From the NCBI GenBank assembly GCA_050303815.1, contig JBNLCM010000106.1, positions 4,938 through 68,937 of the forward strand: a stretch of DNA of 64,000 nt, written 5' to 3'. Made by a program: the position numbers and the translations under genes. Below the pieces are notes generated by a model. The model made no database searches. It was not told where the DNA came from and saw only the letters and a list, made by a program, of their open reading frames with translations. Shown here piece by piece: positions 9,674 through 22,445 of this stretch. The stretch comes from Rhodocyclaceae bacterium (GTDB lineage: Bacteria; Pseudomonadota; Gammaproteobacteria; Burkholderiales; Rhodocyclaceae). How positions within the stretch are numbered: the stretch's first letter is position 1; each line of letters begins with the position of its first letter.

Positions 9674-9752
9674 CCCCGCGCACCGTGACGGCAAGGTGGA
9701 ATCGGCGCCCCTGGCGGGCGCCCGACGGACTCGAACTAGGGGAGACACGCTG

Positions 9753-10601
9753 ATGGCCCACACGTCGGAGCACTACTTCGTTCCGGAACCGTCCAAGTAC
9801 CCGATCTTCGGATCCATCGCGCTGTTGCTGATGGGGGGCGGCGCCGTCATGTGGCTGAACAACGCCGGGCCTGGCAAGGCTCTGGTGCTAGCCGGACTGG
9901 CGATCCTGGTCTTCATGCTGTTCGGCTGGTTCGGTCAGGTGATCCGCGAATCGGAGGGTGGCAGCTACGGCAACCAGGTGGATCGCAGCTTCCGCTGGTC
10001 GATGGGCTGGTTCATCTTCTCCGAGGTGATGTTCTTCGCGGCCTTTTTCGGTGCCCTGTTCTATGTCCGCGCGATCGGGCTGCCGTGGCTGGCCGACGCC
10101 GACAACGCGCTCCTGTGGCCCGGCTTCGAGGCGACCTGGCCAAATGCGGGTCCGATCGTCGAGGAAGTGTTCACCCCGATGGGGGCCTGGGGCATCCCGG
10201 CGATCAATACGCTCATCCTGCTCACCTCGGGGGCGACACTGACCTGGGCCCACTGGGGCCTGATGAACGAGAAGCGCAGCCAGCTCATCACCGGCCTGAT
10301 CATGACCGTCGCGCTGGGCGTGATCTTCCTGGCCCTGCAGGCCTACGAGTATGCCCACGCCTACGGCGAGATGAATCTCAAACTCACCAGCGGCATCTAC
10401 GGATCGACCTTCTTCATGCTGACCGGCTTTCACGGCCTGCACGTGACGATCGGGGCGATCATGCTGACGGTCATGCTGTTCCGGGCCAAGGCCGGGCACT
10501 TCACGGCCCACCGCCATTTCGCGTTCGAGGCCGCGGCCTGGTACTGGCACTTCGTCGACGTGGTGTGGCTGTTTCTGTTCGTGGTCGTGTACTGGCTATA
10601 G
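9753..10601 (+). CDS. coxC: Cytochrome c oxidase subunit III
   Basis: WFIFSEVMFF, INTLILLTSG, TGFHGLHV, WYWHFVDVVW. RBS GGAGA. Confidence 0.95.
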   Translation: MAHTSEHYFVPEPSKYPIFGSIALLLMGGGAVMWLNNAGPGKALVLAGLAILVFMLFGWFGQVIRESEGGSYGNQVDRSFRWSMGWFIFSEVMFFAAFFGALFYVRAIGLPWLADADNALLWPGFEATWPNAGPIVEEVFTPMGAWGIPAINTLILLTSGATLTWAHWGLMNEKRSQLITGLIMTVALGVIFLALQAYEYAHAYGEMNLKLTSGIYGSTFFMLTGFHGLHVTIGAIMLTVMLFRAKAGHFTAHRHFAFEAAAWYWHFVDVVWLFLFVVVYWL

Positions 10602-10793
10602 GCGCTGGGTGATCAGGCCGGTCGCGTAGCCGGCCATCAACAGGATGAAGAGGAAGATGGACAGGCCGACGCGCAGCGCCAGCGCCTTGACGGTACGGGT
10701 GCTACCGCTGCCGCGGTCGCGGAACAGAAACAGCAGGGCGGAGCCCAGGCTCAACAGGATCAGCAACAGAAACACGATGACGACGACCCGCAC
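10596..10793 (-). CDS. Twin transmembrane helix small protein (DUF2909/HIG1-like)
   Basis: 65 aa VRVVVIVFLLLILLSLGSALLFLFRDRG..TRTVKALALRVGLSIFLF; RBS GGAGAG upstream. Confidence 0.8.
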   Translation of the reverse strand: MRVVVIVFLLLILLSLGSALLFLFRDRGSGSTRTVKALALRVGLSIFLFILLMAGYATGLITQRL

Positions 10794-10874
10794 GGCAGCT
10801 CTCCAGTCTGTGTCCAGGCAGTCTAAACCCCCAGCCGATCTTCGCCCAGCGGGTCCCGTGGCCCGTGCGGCAGC

Positions 10875-11567
10875 ATGACATGGCGGACGCTGATCCCGTT
10901 CGCGCTGGGTGTGCTGCTCGCGGTGGCCGGCGTACAGCTCGGGCAGTGGCAGCTGCGCCGGGCCGACGAAAAGGCGGCGCTGCAGGCTCGCATCGACCAG
11001 ATGGCGAGGCGGCCGGCGACGGCTCTGGCCGTGGGCGAAGCGCCCGACGCCTGGCAGCCCGTGATACTCCGCGGCGTGTGGCTCGAGGGGGCCGATTTCC
11101 TGATCGACAACCGCGTGCAGGGTGGGCGTCCCGGCTATCACGTGGTATCGGTGCTGCGCCTGGACGATGGCCGGCTGGTGCTCGTCAATCGCGGCTGGAC
11201 GCCGGCCGGACGAGACCGCACGCAGCTGCCGCGGCTGCCGGTCCCCGGTGGCCGGGTCGAGGTGAGCGGGGTCGTGCGGATACCGGAGGCCGCCCCGTTC
11301 CAACTCTCAGAGGCAGGCAGCGGGCACTTGCGCCAGCACCTCGTGCCGAGCGAGATCGGCGAGGTGATCGGGCAGCGGGTCGTGCCCTGGGTGGTCCTGC
11401 AGGCGCCCCAGGCAGGCGAGCCGCTGGTGCGCGACTGGCCGCGGCCGGACGCCGGAATCGACCGGCACAAGGGGTATGCGGTCCAGTGGTTCGGCTTGGC
11501 GACCCTCGCCGCCGGATTGACGTTCTATTTCGGATGGAGGCGATGGGCTCGTGGTGAACAAGCATAG
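10875..11567 (+). CDS. SURF1 family protein
   Basis: LGQWQLRRA.EK, LVNRGW, HKGYAVQWFGLA. Confidence 0.9.
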   Translation: MTWRTLIPFALGVLLAVAGVQLGQWQLRRADEKAALQARIDQMARRPATALAVGEAPDAWQPVILRGVWLEGADFLIDNRVQGGRPGYHVVSVLRLDDGRLVLVNRGWTPAGRDRTQLPRLPVPGGRVEVSGVVRIPEAAPFQLSEAGSGHLRQHLVPSEIGEVIGQRVVPWVVLQAPQAGEPLVRDWPRPDAGIDRHKGYAVQWFGLATLAAGLTFYFGWRRWARGEQA

Positions 11568-12078
11568 GGGGCGCCGTACCCTGGTCCTGCTGGCCCTGGT
11601 CTGCGCGCTGCCGGTCGTGGCCTCGTACGCGACCTACTACCTGTGGCGGCCGGATGGACGCGTCAACTACGGCGAGCTGATCGAACCGTCGCCGCTGCCG
11701 TCGCCCCTCGCGACCGTGGCGGACGACATCCGTGGACGATGGACCCTTGTCTATGCGTCGGACGGACCGTGCGACGCGGCCTGCGAAACAGCGCTCTACT
11801 ACATGCGCCAGGTGCGCACGGCGCAGGGCGAGCACATGGACCGGGTCGAACGCCTGTGGTTGCGCGCCGACTCCGACGTCGCGGCCGTCCGCGACGAGCT
11901 GGACGGCATGGTCGTGGCCCGTGTCGGCCGCGACACCCTGTCGGCGCTGCCGGCAACCGAGCAGGTGCTGCTGGTCGATCCGCTGGGCAACGTCATGATG
12001 CGCTTTCCGGCCGATCCGGATCCCAAGCGGATGATCCGCGATCTGGCCCGCCTGCTGAAGTATTCGCGCATCGGATGA
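11551..12078 (+). CDS. Cox-operon membrane-anchored thioredoxin-like protein
   Basis: N-terminal [37 protein letters not shown]. Confidence 0.75.
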   Translation: MVNKHRGRRTLVLLALVCALPVVASYATYYLWRPDGRVNYGELIEPSPLPSPLATVADDIRGRWTLVYASDGPCDAACETALYYMRQVRTAQGEHMDRVERLWLRADSDVAAVRDELDGMVVARVGRDTLSALPATEQVLLVDPLGNVMMRFPADPDPKRMIRDLARLLKYSRIG

Positions 12079-13097
12079 CGACCCTGCGCCGGCTGATCCT
12101 TCTTGCCCTGGGGCTGACCTTCGTGGTGGTGGTCCTGGGGGCCTATGTGCGCCTGTCCGATGCCGGACTGGGATGCCCGGACTGGCCCGGCTGCTATGGC
12201 CAGCTTACGCCAGCCCATGCGGCGGACGAGATCCGGGCGGCCGAATCGGCCCAGCCGGATGGCCCGGTCAGCCTGCCCAAGGCCTGGAAGGAGATGGTGC
12301 ATCGCTACCTCGCGGCTACCCTGGGCCTGCTGATCCTGGTCATCGCAGCGCTGTCGTGGCGTCATCGCCGCGAACCGGGCGCCGCGCCCGGGGCCGCGCT
12401 GGCCCTGGTGGGCGTGGTGATCTTCCAGGGGCTGCTCGGCAAATGGACCGTGACCCTGCTGCTCAAGCCGGCCATCGTCACAGGACATCTGCTCGGCGGC
12501 ATGACGACGCTGGCGCTACTGGGCTGGCTGGCTCTGCACGTGCGCCGTGTCCCGACATGGACGGCGCCGCGCGGCCTCGTCTCGGTTGCTCGCGTGGGCC
12601 TGCTCCTGGTGGCCGTACAGATTGCCCTCGGCGGCTGGACGAGCACCAATTATGCAGCGCTGGCCTGCCAGGATTTCCCCACCTGCCACGGTGAATGGCT
12701 GCCCGCCACTGACTTCGCCAATGCGTTTCATGTGGTCCGCGAGCTGGGCATGGACGCCCGCGGCGAGCTGCTTACCCAGGAGGCGTTGACCGCCATCCAC
12801 TGGACCCATCGCCTGGGTGCGCTGCTGGTGACAGCCTACCTGTGCGCGTTTGCCGGGTTGCTGGCGCGCCACGCCAACCTGCGCGGACTGTCCCTCGCCC
12901 TGCTCGCCGCGCTTGGGGCGCAGGTGGGCCTGGGGATTGCCAACGTGGTGCTGAGTCTGCCACTGCCGCTCGCCGTTGCCCATAACGCGGGCGCCGCCGT
13001 GCTCCTGCTGGCGCTGGTGAGGATCAACCACGGCCTGGTGCGCGCCCGCGTGCCGCGACCGATGAAGGAGAGCCGCAATGCGAACGCTTACGCTTGA
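12075..13097 (+). CDS. ctaA: Heme A synthase COX15/CtaA
   Basis: [31 protein letters not shown]. Confidence 0.92.
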   Translation: MTTLRRLILLALGLTFVVVVLGAYVRLSDAGLGCPDWPGCYGQLTPAHAADEIRAAESAQPDGPVSLPKAWKEMVHRYLAATLGLLILVIAALSWRHRREPGAAPGAALALVGVVIFQGLLGKWTVTLLLKPAIVTGHLLGGMTTLALLGWLALHVRRVPTWTAPRGLVSVARVGLLLVAVQIALGGWTSTNYAALACQDFPTCHGEWLPATDFANAFHVVRELGMDARGELLTQEALTAIHWTHRLGALLVTAYLCAFAGLLARHANLRGLSLALLAALGAQVGLGIANVVLSLPLPLAVAHNAGAAVLLLALVRINHGLVRARVPRPMKESRNANAYA

Positions 13098-13980
13098 TAC
13101 CCGCCTGGGCAGCCAGAAGCTGAAGAGCTTCTACGTCATGACCAAGCCGCGGGTGAATACGCTGATCGTGTTCTGTGCGGTGATCGGCATGTTCCTCGCT
13201 GTCCCGGACGGCTTGCCGCCGGCCGCTACGGTCTTCGCCGCCACGCTGGGTATCGCTGGCGTCGCCGGTGCGGCGGCGGCCATCAACTGCCTCATCGAGC
13301 AGGAACTGGACGCCCGAATGCAACGGACGCGCGGGCGGCCCTTGCCTCGCGGCGACCTCGGTTCGGGTGAGACCCTCGCCTTTGCGGCGGCCCTGGGCGG
13401 CACCGGCCTGCTGCTGCTCTATACGGCGGTCAACCCGCTGACGATGTGGCTGACCCTGGCGACCTTTGTCGGCTATGCGGTGGTCTATACGGTGCTGCTG
13501 AAGCCACGCACGCCCCAGAACATCGTCATCGGCGGGGCGTCCGGCGCGATGCCGCCCGTCCTTGGCTGGGCCGCCGTCAGCGGCGAGGTCACGGCCGATG
13601 CCCTGCTGTTGTTCCTGATCATCTTTGCCTGGACGCCGCCGCACTTCTGGTCGCTGGCCCTTTATCGGACTGCCGACTATGCGCGTGCTGGCCTGCCGAT
13701 GTTGCCGGTGACGCACGGTTCGGAGTTCACCCGCCTGTCGATCCTCTTGTACACCCTGGTGCTGTTCGGGGTCACGCTGCTGCCCTTCGCGACGCGGATG
13801 AGCGGTGTGATCTATCTCGTGGCGGCCGTGGTGCTCGGCATCCTGTTCCTGCAGCGGGCCTGGACGCTATGGCGCGACTACAGCGACGTGCGCGCCCGCA
13901 AGACCTTCAAGTTCTCGATCGTGTATCTTTCAGCCTTGTTTGCGGCCCTGCTCGTCGATCACTACCTGCCGATCGTCTGA
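13078..13980 (+). CDS. cyoE: Protoheme IX farnesyltransferase (heme O synthase)
   Basis: [29 protein letters not shown]. Confidence 0.95.
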   Translation: MRTLTLDTRLGSQKLKSFYVMTKPRVNTLIVFCAVIGMFLAVPDGLPPAATVFAATLGIAGVAGAAAAINCLIEQELDARMQRTRGRPLPRGDLGSGETLAFAAALGGTGLLLLYTAVNPLTMWLTLATFVGYAVVYTVLLKPRTPQNIVIGGASGAMPPVLGWAAVSGEVTADALLLFLIIFAWTPPHFWSLALYRTADYARAGLPMLPVTHGSEFTRLSILLYTLVLFGVTLLPFATRMSGVIYLVAAVVLGILFLQRAWTLWRDYSDVRARKTFKFSIVYLSALFAALLVDHYLPIV

Positions 13981-14011
13981 GGTCATCACGGGGTCGTCGC
14001 GGGGCCCCGAC

Positions 14012-14599
14012 ATGATCCGAACACTGCTCCTCATCTTCTCCCTGCTGGCGCTGGCTGCCTGCTCGGAGGGACCTTCCAAGCCACCCTTCCACGGTACCGA
14101 TATCACGGGGGCCGACTACGCGCGTGGCTTCGCGCTGACCGACCACACCGGCCAGTCCCGCACGCTGGCCGACTATCGTGGAAAGGCCGTATCGATTTTC
14201 TTCGGTTACACCCAGTGTCCGGACGTCTGTCCGACCACCCTATCCACGATGGCTGAGGTCATGCAGCAACTGGGGGGCGAGGCCGACCGGCTGCAGGTGC
14301 TGTTCGTCACGGTTGACCCCGAGCGGGACACGCCGGCACTGCTGGCCGAGTACGTTCCCCTGTTCGATCCGCGCTTCGTCGGCCTATACGGGGACGCGGG
14401 CACCACCGCACGGGTGGCGAAGGACTTCCGCGTGTTCTACCGCAAGGCAGGTGACACCAGCGGCAGCACTTATACGGTGGACCATTCGGCCGGTACCTAC
14501 GTGTTCGATCCGGAGGGGCGCCTGCGGCTGTACTTCAAGCACGGCGAGCAGGCCGACCGGATCGCGGCGGATGTCCGGCGGCTGCTGGCCGGCGACTGA
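14012..14599 (+). CDS. SCO family copper chaperone lipoprotein
   Basis: Lipobox LAAC; FGYTQCPDVCP; VDHSA. Confidence 0.92.
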   Translation: MIRTLLLIFSLLALAACSEGPSKPPFHGTDITGADYARGFALTDHTGQSRTLADYRGKAVSIFFGYTQCPDVCPTTLSTMAEVMQQLGGEADRLQVLFVTVDPERDTPALLAEYVPLFDPRFVGLYGDAGTTARVAKDFRVFYRKAGDTSGSTYTVDHSAGTYVFDPEGRLRLYFKHGEQADRIAADVRRLLAGD

Positions 14600-15673
14600 T
14601 CACGTCACGGCAAGAATCTCGCGAAGGGCAGAGAGCAGCGCGTCGCATTCGGTGTCAGTCCCCACCGTGATGCGGAGGAACTGGTCGATGCGCGGCAGGC
14701 GGAAGTGCCGGACGATGACCTTGCGCTCGCGCAATGCGGCAGCCAGCTCGCCAGCGTCGCGCGCCGGATGACGGGCGAAGACAAAATTGGCGGCCGAAGG
14801 CAGGACGTCGAATCCCAGCTCGGCAAGCGCCCTGTCCAGGCGGTTTCGCGAGTCGATGACCCGCTGCCGGCACGTCTCGAACCACGCCCCATCGCCCAGC
14901 GCGGCAATCGCCGCGCGCTGTGCCAGGCGGTCGAGGGGGTAGGAGTTGAAGCTGTTCTTGACCCGCTCGAGCCCTTCGATCAGGGGCGCCTGCCCGAGGG
15001 CGAAGCCGACCCGCATGCCGGCCAGCGAGCGTGACTTGGAGAGCGTGTGCACCACCAGCAGGTTGGGATGGCTCGGCACCAGGGCAGCGGCGGATTCGCC
15101 GCCAAAGTCCACATAGGCCTCATCGACGACGACCACGGAGTCCGGGTTGGCCTCGACGATCCGCGCGACTGCATCGAGGGGCAGTAGACACCCGGTGGGC
15201 GCGTTGGGATTGGGGAAGATGATGCCGCCATTCGGCGACCGGTAGTCGTCGACCCGGATCGCGAAGGCATCGTCCAGCGGCACGGTCCGGTAGGCGACCC
15301 CGTAGAGGCCGCAGTACACCGGATAGAAGCTGTACGTGATATCGGGGAAGAGGATCGGCTGTTCGTGCCTGAGCAGGGCCTGGAACGCATGGGCCAGGAC
15401 CTCATCCGAGCCGTTGCCGACAAAGACCTGGTCCGAGGTGAGGCGGTAACGCTCGGCGACGGCCGCCTTCAGGGCGTCGGCATTGGGGTCCGGATAGAGG
15501 CGCAGCGAGGCGCCGTCACCATCGAGTTCGTCGCGAATGGCCTCGAGGACCCCGGGTGACGGCGGGTACGGGCACTCGTTGGTGTTGAGCTTGACGAGGT
15601 TCGACAGCTTTGGCTGCTCGCCCGGGACGTAGGGGGTGAGGCCGTGAACCACGGCGCTCCAGTACTGGCTCAT
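14600..15673 (-). CDS. hisC: Histidinol-phosphate aminotransferase
   Basis: [43 protein letters not shown]. Confidence 0.93.
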   Translation of the reverse strand: MSQYWSAVVHGLTPYVPGEQPKLSNLVKLNTNECPYPPSPGVLEAIRDELDGDGASLRLYPDPNADALKAAVAERYRLTSDQVFVGNGSDEVLAHAFQALLRHEQPILFPDITYSFYPVYCGLYGVAYRTVPLDDAFAIRVDDYRSPNGGIIFPNPNAPTGCLLPLDAVARIVEANPDSVVVVDEAYVDFGGESAAALVPSHPNLLVVHTLSKSRSLAGMRVGFALGQAPLIEGLERVKNSFNSYPLDRLAQRAAIAALGDGAWFETCRQRVIDSRNRLDRALAELGFDVLPSAANFVFARHPARDAGELAAALRERKVIVRHFRLPRIDQFLRITVGTDTECDALLSALREILAVT

Positions 15674-15775
15674 GCTTGGAATCCGGAAAGGCGCGCGATC
15701 AACGCGAATCAGGTCGAAATGCTATCATGGCCGGCCAAGCCAAATCCCCCGCGCGCAAGCGCCCTGATGGACGCC

Positions 15776-16363
15776 ATGAGGCAAGCCGACATCTCTCGCG
15801 ACACGCTGGAAACCCAGATCCGGGTCACGCTCGACCTGGAAGGAACCGGGGTCTCGCGGCTCAATACCGGCATCGGTTTCTTCGATCACATGCTCGATCA
15901 GATCGCGCGCCATGGTGCCTTCGATCTCGAGGTCGAGGCCAAGGGCGACCTGCACATCGACGGCCATCATACGGTGGAGGACGTCGGCATCGCGATCGGT
16001 CAGGCGTTTGCCCGCGCGGTCGGCGACAAGGCGGGGCTGACCCGCTATGGGCACGCCTACGTGCCGCTCGACGAGGCGCTGTCCCGCGTGGTCGTCGATC
16101 TCTCGGGTCGGCCGGGCCTGGTGCTCGACGTCAACTTTACGGCGGGCAGCATCGGCGGGCTCGACACCCAGCTGGTCTATGAGTTCTTCCAGGGCTTTGT
16201 GAACCATGCGCTGGTGACCCTGCATGGCGACAACCTGCGCGGCCGCAATGCGCACCATCAGTGCGAGACCCTCTTCAAGGCCTTCGGACGGGCCTTGCGG
16301 ATGGCCGTGACCCCCGATCCCCGGCAGGCTGGCGCCATTCCTTCGACGAAAGGCACCCTGTGA
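15776..16363 (+). CDS. hisB: Imidazoleglycerol-phosphate dehydratase
   Basis: [27 protein letters not shown]. Confidence 0.96.
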   Translation: MRQADISRDTLETQIRVTLDLEGTGVSRLNTGIGFFDHMLDQIARHGAFDLEVEAKGDLHIDGHHTVEDVGIAIGQAFARAVGDKAGLTRYGHAYVPLDEALSRVVVDLSGRPGLVLDVNFTAGSIGGLDTQLVYEFFQGFVNHALVTLHGDNLRGRNAHHQCETLFKAFGRALRMAVTPDPRQAGAIPSTKGTL

Positions 16364-16415
16364 CCCGCAGCGGCGGGGCCTCCCTAAAGCGACTTCGACA
16401 CAGACAGACACGCGC

Positions 16416-17057
16416 ATGAACAGCATCGCCGTCATCGACTACGGAATGGGCAACCTGCGTTCGGTCGAGAAGGCCGTCGAGCATGTGGCCGGATCGTCGG
16501 CCCGGGTCGAGGTCACTTCCGACCCCGCCGTGGTGGCGGGGGCTGACCGCGTCGTCTTCCCCGGTCAAGGCGCGATGCCCGACTGCATGCGCGAACTCGA
16601 GCTGCGCGGATTGCGTCCGGCGGTGCTCGCCGCCGCCGCGAGCAAGCCCTTTCTGGGCATCTGCATCGGGCAGCAGATGCTCTTCGATCACAGCCAGGAA
16701 GGGGATGTCGCCGGATTGGGCGTGTTCTCCGGCGAAGTCCGCCGCTTCCCCGACGCCGCGATGCATGCCCCGGACGGGAGTCGCCTGAAGGTGCCCCACA
16801 TGGGGTGGAACCGCGTCCGCCAGGCCAAGCCCCACCCGCTCTGGGCCGGTATCGAGGACGATACCCGCTTCTATTTCGTCCATAGCTACTATGTCGATCC
16901 GCGCGACGCGGACCTCGTGGCCGGCACGACGGGCTACGGACTGAGCTTTACCAGTGCAGTTGCCAGGGCTAATATCTTTGCAGTCCAGTTTCACCCCGAG
17001 AAGAGCGCCGAAGCCGGCCTGCACCTGCTGCGCAATTTTCTCGCCTGGCAGCCCTGA
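16416..17057 (+). CDS. hisH: Imidazole glycerol phosphate synthase, glutaminase subunit
   Basis: [27 protein letters not shown]. Confidence 0.96.
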   Translation: MNSIAVIDYGMGNLRSVEKAVEHVAGSSARVEVTSDPAVVAGADRVVFPGQGAMPDCMRELELRGLRPAVLAAAASKPFLGICIGQQMLFDHSQEGDVAGLGVFSGEVRRFPDAAMHAPDGSRLKVPHMGWNRVRQAKPHPLWAGIEDDTRFYFVHSYYVDPRDADLVAGTTGYGLSFTSAVARANIFAVQFHPEKSAEAGLHLLRNFLAWQP

Positions 17058-17114
17058 TCCGACGATTTCCGCAAACTTCCTCAACAGTCCCGAACTACCC
17101 ATCGGCATTCCGAC

Positions 17115-17855
17115 ATGCTCTTGATTCCCGCCATTGATCTCAAGGATGGTCACTGTGTTCGCCTCAGGCAGGGCGAGATGGACGATGCAACGGTCTTCTC
17201 GGAAGACCCTGTCGCGATGGCGCGGCACTGGGTCGAACTCGGGGCGCGGCGCTTGCATCTGGTCGATCTGAACGGTGCTTTCGCCGGCAAGCCGAAGAAC
17301 GAGGCTGTCATCAAGGCCATCGTTGCCGAGGTGGGCGCCGAAATTCCCGTGCAGCTGGGGGGTGGCATTCGCGACCTCGACATCATCGAGCGCTATCTTG
17401 ACGATGGCATTTCCTACGTGATCATCGGCACCGCGGCCGTAAAGAATCCGGGCTTCCTGCAGGATGCCTGCAGCGCCTTCCCCGGCCACATCATCGTTGG
17501 ACTCGATGCCAAGGAAGGCAAGGTCGCCACCGATGGCTGGTCAAAGATGACGGGCCACGATGTCATCGACTTGGCCCGCAAGTACGAGGACTATGGTGTC
17601 GAGAGCATCGTCTACACCGATATCGGTCGCGATGGCATGCTGACCGGTGTAAACGTGGATGCCACGGTCAAGCTGGCGCAGGCGCTGCGGATTCCCGTTA
17701 TCGCCAGCGGTGGCATCGCGAGCATCAATGACATCGATGCCCTCTGTGCGGTCGAGGGGGAGGGGGTCGAGGCGGCCATCACCGGCCGCGCAATCTACGA
17801 AGGTACGCTCGACTTCGCGGCGGCCCAGGCGCGCGCCGACGAGCTCGGCGCCTGA
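17115..17855 (+). CDS. hisA: ProFAR isomerase
   Basis: [31 protein letters not shown]. Confidence 0.96.
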   Translation: MLLIPAIDLKDGHCVRLRQGEMDDATVFSEDPVAMARHWVELGARRLHLVDLNGAFAGKPKNEAVIKAIVAEVGAEIPVQLGGGIRDLDIIERYLDDGISYVIIGTAAVKNPGFLQDACSAFPGHIIVGLDAKEGKVATDGWSKMTGHDVIDLARKYEDYGVESIVYTDIGRDGMLTGVNVDATVKLAQALRIPVIASGGIASINDIDALCAVEGEGVEAAITGRAIYEGTLDFAAAQARADELGA

Positions 17856-17867
17856 GCGCGAGTCAAT

Positions 17868-18626
17868 ATGCTGGCCAAGCGAATCATTCCCTGCCTGGAC
17901 GTCAACGCCGGGCGAGTGGTCAAGGGTGTCAATTTCGTCGAACTGCGCGACGCTGGTGATCCGGTCGAGGTGGCGCGGCGCTACGACGACCAGGGCGCCG
18001 ACGAGATCACTTTCCTCGACATCACGGCCAGCTCCGATGCGCGCGATATCATCCTCCACGTCGTCGAACAGGTGGCGGAGCAGGTTTTCATTCCGCTCAC
18101 CGTCGGCGGTGGTGTCAGGACGGTGGACGATGTTCGGCGACTGCTCAACGCCGGCGCGGACAAGGTCAGCATCAACACGGCTGCCGTCAACAACCCTCAG
18201 GTCGTCGCCGATGCGAGTGGCAAGGTGGGCAGCCAGTGCATCGTCGTCGCCATCGATGCCAAGCAGGTCGAACCGGGCCGCTGGGAAGTCTTTACCCACG
18301 GCGGCCGCAACCGGACCGGCCTGGATGCCGTCGAGTGGGCTCGCAAGGTCGAGTCGATGGGGGCGGGGGAAATCCTGCTGACCAGCATGGACCGGGATGG
18401 CACCAAGAACGGTTTCGATCTCGGTTTGACCCGGGCGGTATCCGACGCAGTGCGGATTCCGGTGATCGCCAGCGGCGGGGTCGGCAACCTGTCGCACCTG
18501 GCGGACGGCGTCTCTGAAGGCCGTGCCGATGCCGTTCTCGCGGCCAGCATCTTCCACTTTGGCGAGCATACGGTGCGCGAAGCGAAGGAATTGATGCGGG
18601 CGCGGGGCATCGAGGTGCGGCTGTGA
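17868..18626 (+). CDS. hisF: Imidazole glycerol phosphate synthase, cyclase subunit
   Basis: [22 protein letters not shown]. Confidence 0.97.
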   Translation: MLAKRIIPCLDVNAGRVVKGVNFVELRDAGDPVEVARRYDDQGADEITFLDITASSDARDIILHVVEQVAEQVFIPLTVGGGVRTVDDVRRLLNAGADKVSINTAAVNNPQVVADASGKVGSQCIVVAIDAKQVEPGRWEVFTHGGRNRTGLDAVEWARKVESMGAGEILLTSMDRDGTKNGFDLGLTRAVSDAVRIPVIASGGVGNLSHLADGVSEGRADAVLAASIFHFGEHTVREAKELMRARGIEVRL

Positions 18627-19021
18627 CCGCCACCGGGCAGGCCTGGCTCGACGCGGTCAAGTGGGACGAGCAGGGTTTGGTACCCGCTATTGCACAGGAC
18701 GCGGCGAGCGGTGACGTCCTGATGTTTGCCTGGATGAACCGCGAGGCGCTGGCGCTGACCGTCGAGCGCGGCGAGGCCGTGTACTGGTCGCGCTCGCGGC
18801 GCCGCCTGTGGTTCAAGGGCGAGGAATCCGGCCACGTCCAGAAGGTGCGCGAGATTCGTGTCGATTGCGACGCCGACGTGGTGCTGCTGAAGATCGACCA
18901 GGTCGGCGGCATCGCCTGTCACACGGGTCGGCGAAGCTGCTTCTTCCAGAAACTCCTGGCTGACGGTCGCTGGGACGCGGCCGAGCCGGTTCTCAAGGAT
19001 CCAAAGGAAATCTACAAATGA
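18623..19021 (+). CDS. hisI: Phosphoribosyl-AMP cyclohydrolase
   Basis: [28 protein letters not shown]. Confidence 0.96.
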   Translation: MTATGQAWLDAVKWDEQGLVPAIAQDAASGDVLMFAWMNREALALTVERGEAVYWSRSRRRLWFKGEESGHVQKVREIRVDCDADVVLLKIDQVGGIACHTGRRSCFFQKLLADGRWDAAEPVLKDPKEIYK

Positions 19022-19344
19022 TCGACATCGAGGTGTTGCACCGGGTTGCCCAGACCCTCGCCGAACGCAAGGCAGCTGATCCGGATTCGTCCTATGTGTC
19101 TGGCCTGTATGCCAAAGGCACCGACGCAATCTGCAAGAAGGTTGCCGAGGAGACCGCCGAGACGATCATGGCTGCGAAGGATGGCGATCGCCTGCATCTG
19201 GTCTGGGAAGTGACCGACGTCTGGTTTCACACGATGATCCTGCTCTCTCACTTCGGCCTGACGGTCGACGACGTGCTGGCGGAGTTCCGCCGTCGTGAGG
19301 GGGTTTCCGGCATCGATGAGAAGAAGTCCCGCAACGCGGGTTGA
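19018..19344 (+). CDS. hisE: Phosphoribosyl-ATP pyrophosphohydrolase
   Basis: SSYV..LYAKG, KKVAEE, E..D..FH. Confidence 0.94.
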   Translation: MIDIEVLHRVAQTLAERKAADPDSSYVSGLYAKGTDAICKKVAEETAETIMAAKDGDRLHLVWEVTDVWFHTMILLSHFGLTVDDVLAEFRRREGVSGIDEKKSRNAG

Positions 19345-19354
19345 GGAGTGGCAC

Positions 19355-19705
19355 ATGTCCGACTGCATCTTCTGCAAGATCGGGGCGGGGGAGATTCCCG
19401 CCAAGCTCGTCTATGAAGACGAAGATATAGTCGCTTTCCCGGATATCCAGCCGCAAAGACCTGTCCATATCCTTGTGATCCCCCGTCGGCACATCGTGTC
19501 GCTTGCCGAGGCATCGCCGTCCGACGAGATCGTGATGGGGCGGATGCTGGCTGTCGCGAACCGGATTGCGACCGAGCAGGGCAGCACGGACGGCTTCCGC
19601 GTCATCATCAATACCGGCCCGGTAGGGGGTCAGGAAGTGATGCACCTGCACATGCACATCGTCGGCGGACCGGATCCGGTCGGCCCGATGCTGAAACGCG
19701 TTTGA
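19355..19705 (+). CDS. hinT: Histidine triad (HIT) nucleotide-binding protein
   Basis: CIFCKI, HLHMHI. RBS GAGGAG. Confidence 0.92.
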   Translation: MSDCIFCKIGAGEIPAKLVYEDEDIVAFPDIQPQRPVHILVIPRRHIVSLAEASPSDEIVMGRMLAVANRIATEQGSTDGFRVIINTGPVGGQEVMHLHMHIVGGPDPVGPMLKRV

Positions 19706-19715
19706 GGAGAGATAG

Positions 19716-19937
19716 ATGGGTTCTTTTAGCATCTGGCACTGGCTGATCGTTCTGGTCATCGTCATGCTGGTCTTCGGCACCAAGAAACTGCGTAACATCG
19801 GGTCCGACCTGGGTGGGGCAGTCAAGGGGTTCAAGGATGGCATGAAGGAAGCCCAGGCGGACGATCCCGGCAAGCTGTCCGACGGCGGCGATGGTCAGAC
19901 CATCGAAGGCGAAGCCAAGCAGAAGACCCACTCCTGA
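19716..19937 (+). CDS. tatA: Tat translocase TatA
   Basis: [26 protein letters not shown]. Confidence 0.96.
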   Translation: MGSFSIWHWLIVLVIVMLVFGTKKLRNIGSDLGGAVKGFKDGMKEAQADDPGKLSDGGDGQTIEGEAKQKTHS

Positions 19938-19973
19938 CGGCCGGCCGCCGCCAGATACCGTAGGCGCGATTCG

Positions 19974-20426
19974 ATGTTCGACATCGGCTTTTCCGAACTG
20001 ATGCTGATCAGCCTCGTGGCGCTGGTCGTCATCGGACCCGAGCGCCTGCCGAAGGTCGCGCGGACGGTGGGGCACATGCTCGGGCGCCTGCAGCGCTACG
20101 TCTCCGACGTCAAGTCGGATATCCAGCGCGAGATCCAGCTCGACGAGCTGAAGAAGCTGCAGAGCGAGATGAAGGATTCCGCGCGCGAATTCGAATCGTC
20201 GATCCGCAGCGAGGTTGCGGATGCCAAGGCCGTGGTCGAGCAGGGGACGGCCGACGCCCGTGCCAGTCTCGCCGATCTCGAGGCCCAGCTGGACGCGTCG
20301 AAGAAGCCGGCCGACCTTGCCCCGTCGGCATCGCCCGACGCTACCGCGGTCGCCGACGAGGACAAGGGCGGATCCCAGATGGAGCTCGGCCTGGACGCGA
20401 GCCGCCAACAGGCCGGCAAGGCCTGA
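19974..20426 (+). CDS. tatB: Tat translocase TatB
   Basis: MFDIGFSEL..GPERLP. Confidence 0.96.
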   Translation: MFDIGFSELMLISLVALVVIGPERLPKVARTVGHMLGRLQRYVSDVKSDIQREIQLDELKKLQSEMKDSAREFESSIRSEVADAKAVVEQGTADARASLADLEAQLDASKKPADLAPSASPDATAVADEDKGGSQMELGLDASRQQAGKA

Positions 20427-20450
20427 TCACAGCGTTCCTGGAGCCACGCC

Positions 20451-21197
20451 TTGGAGGACACCTTCCTTTCCCACCTGATTGAGCTGCGCGGCCGCCTGGT
20501 CAAGGCGGTGGTCGCGGTTCTGGCGGTGTTTGCGGCCCTGAGCTTCTGGGCCGGCGACATCTACGACGTACTCGCGCAACCGATGCTGCAGACGCTCCCC
20601 GAGGGCACGCGCATGATCGCGACCGGCGTGGTCACGCCGTTCTTCGTGCCAATCAAGGTCACGCTTCTCGTCGCCTTCGTCATCTGCCTGCCCGTCGTGC
20701 TCTACCAGGCATGGGCTTTCATTGCGCCCGGCCTCTATGCCCACGAGAAGCGCATCGCGCTGCCGCTGGTGCTCGGCAGCACCTTACTGTTCCTGATCGG
20801 CATGGCGTTCTGCTACTTCTTCGTCTTCGGGACGGTGTTCAGCTTCATCGCGGAATTCGCGCCGAAGAGCATCACGCCCGCGCCGGACATCGAGCAGTAC
20901 CTGTCCTTCGTGATGACGATGTTCCTCGCCTTCGGGCTGACCTTCGAAGTGCCGGTTATCGTGGTCCTCCTGACCAAGGCCGGGATCGTCGATGTCGACA
21001 AGCTGAAAGAGGGGCGCCCCTACGTCATCGTCGGTGCCTTCGTCGTGGCGGCAATCATCACGCCGCCGGACGTGATCTCCCAGTTCATGCTGGCGGTACC
21101 GATGTGGTTGCTCTACGAGCTCGGGATCGTGGTTGCCCGCAGCATCGGCCGGCCGGCAGCGGGGTCCGACGTGGTCCCCCATGTCGAGGAGCCGTGA
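20451..21197 (+). CDS. tatC: Tat translocase TatC
   Basis: HLIELR, PGLYAHEKR, FEVPV, TPPD. TTG start. Confidence 0.95.
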   Translation: MEDTFLSHLIELRGRLVKAVVAVLAVFAALSFWAGDIYDVLAQPMLQTLPEGTRMIATGVVTPFFVPIKVTLLVAFVICLPVVLYQAWAFIAPGLYAHEKRIALPLVLGSTLLFLIGMAFCYFFVFGTVFSFIAEFAPKSITPAPDIEQYLSFVMTMFLAFGLTFEVPVIVVLLTKAGIVDVDKLKEGRPYVIVGAFVVAAIITPPDVISQFMLAVPMWLLYELGIVVARSIGRPAAGSDVVPHVEEP

Positions 21198-21210
21198 TCG
21201 GCGCAGCGCC

Positions 21211-22395
<1,185 letters not shown>

Positions 22396-22445
22396 GGTCA
22401 CCGTGGCCTGCGGGACGCGGGCGACGAAAGACGAGGAGGGCGCGA

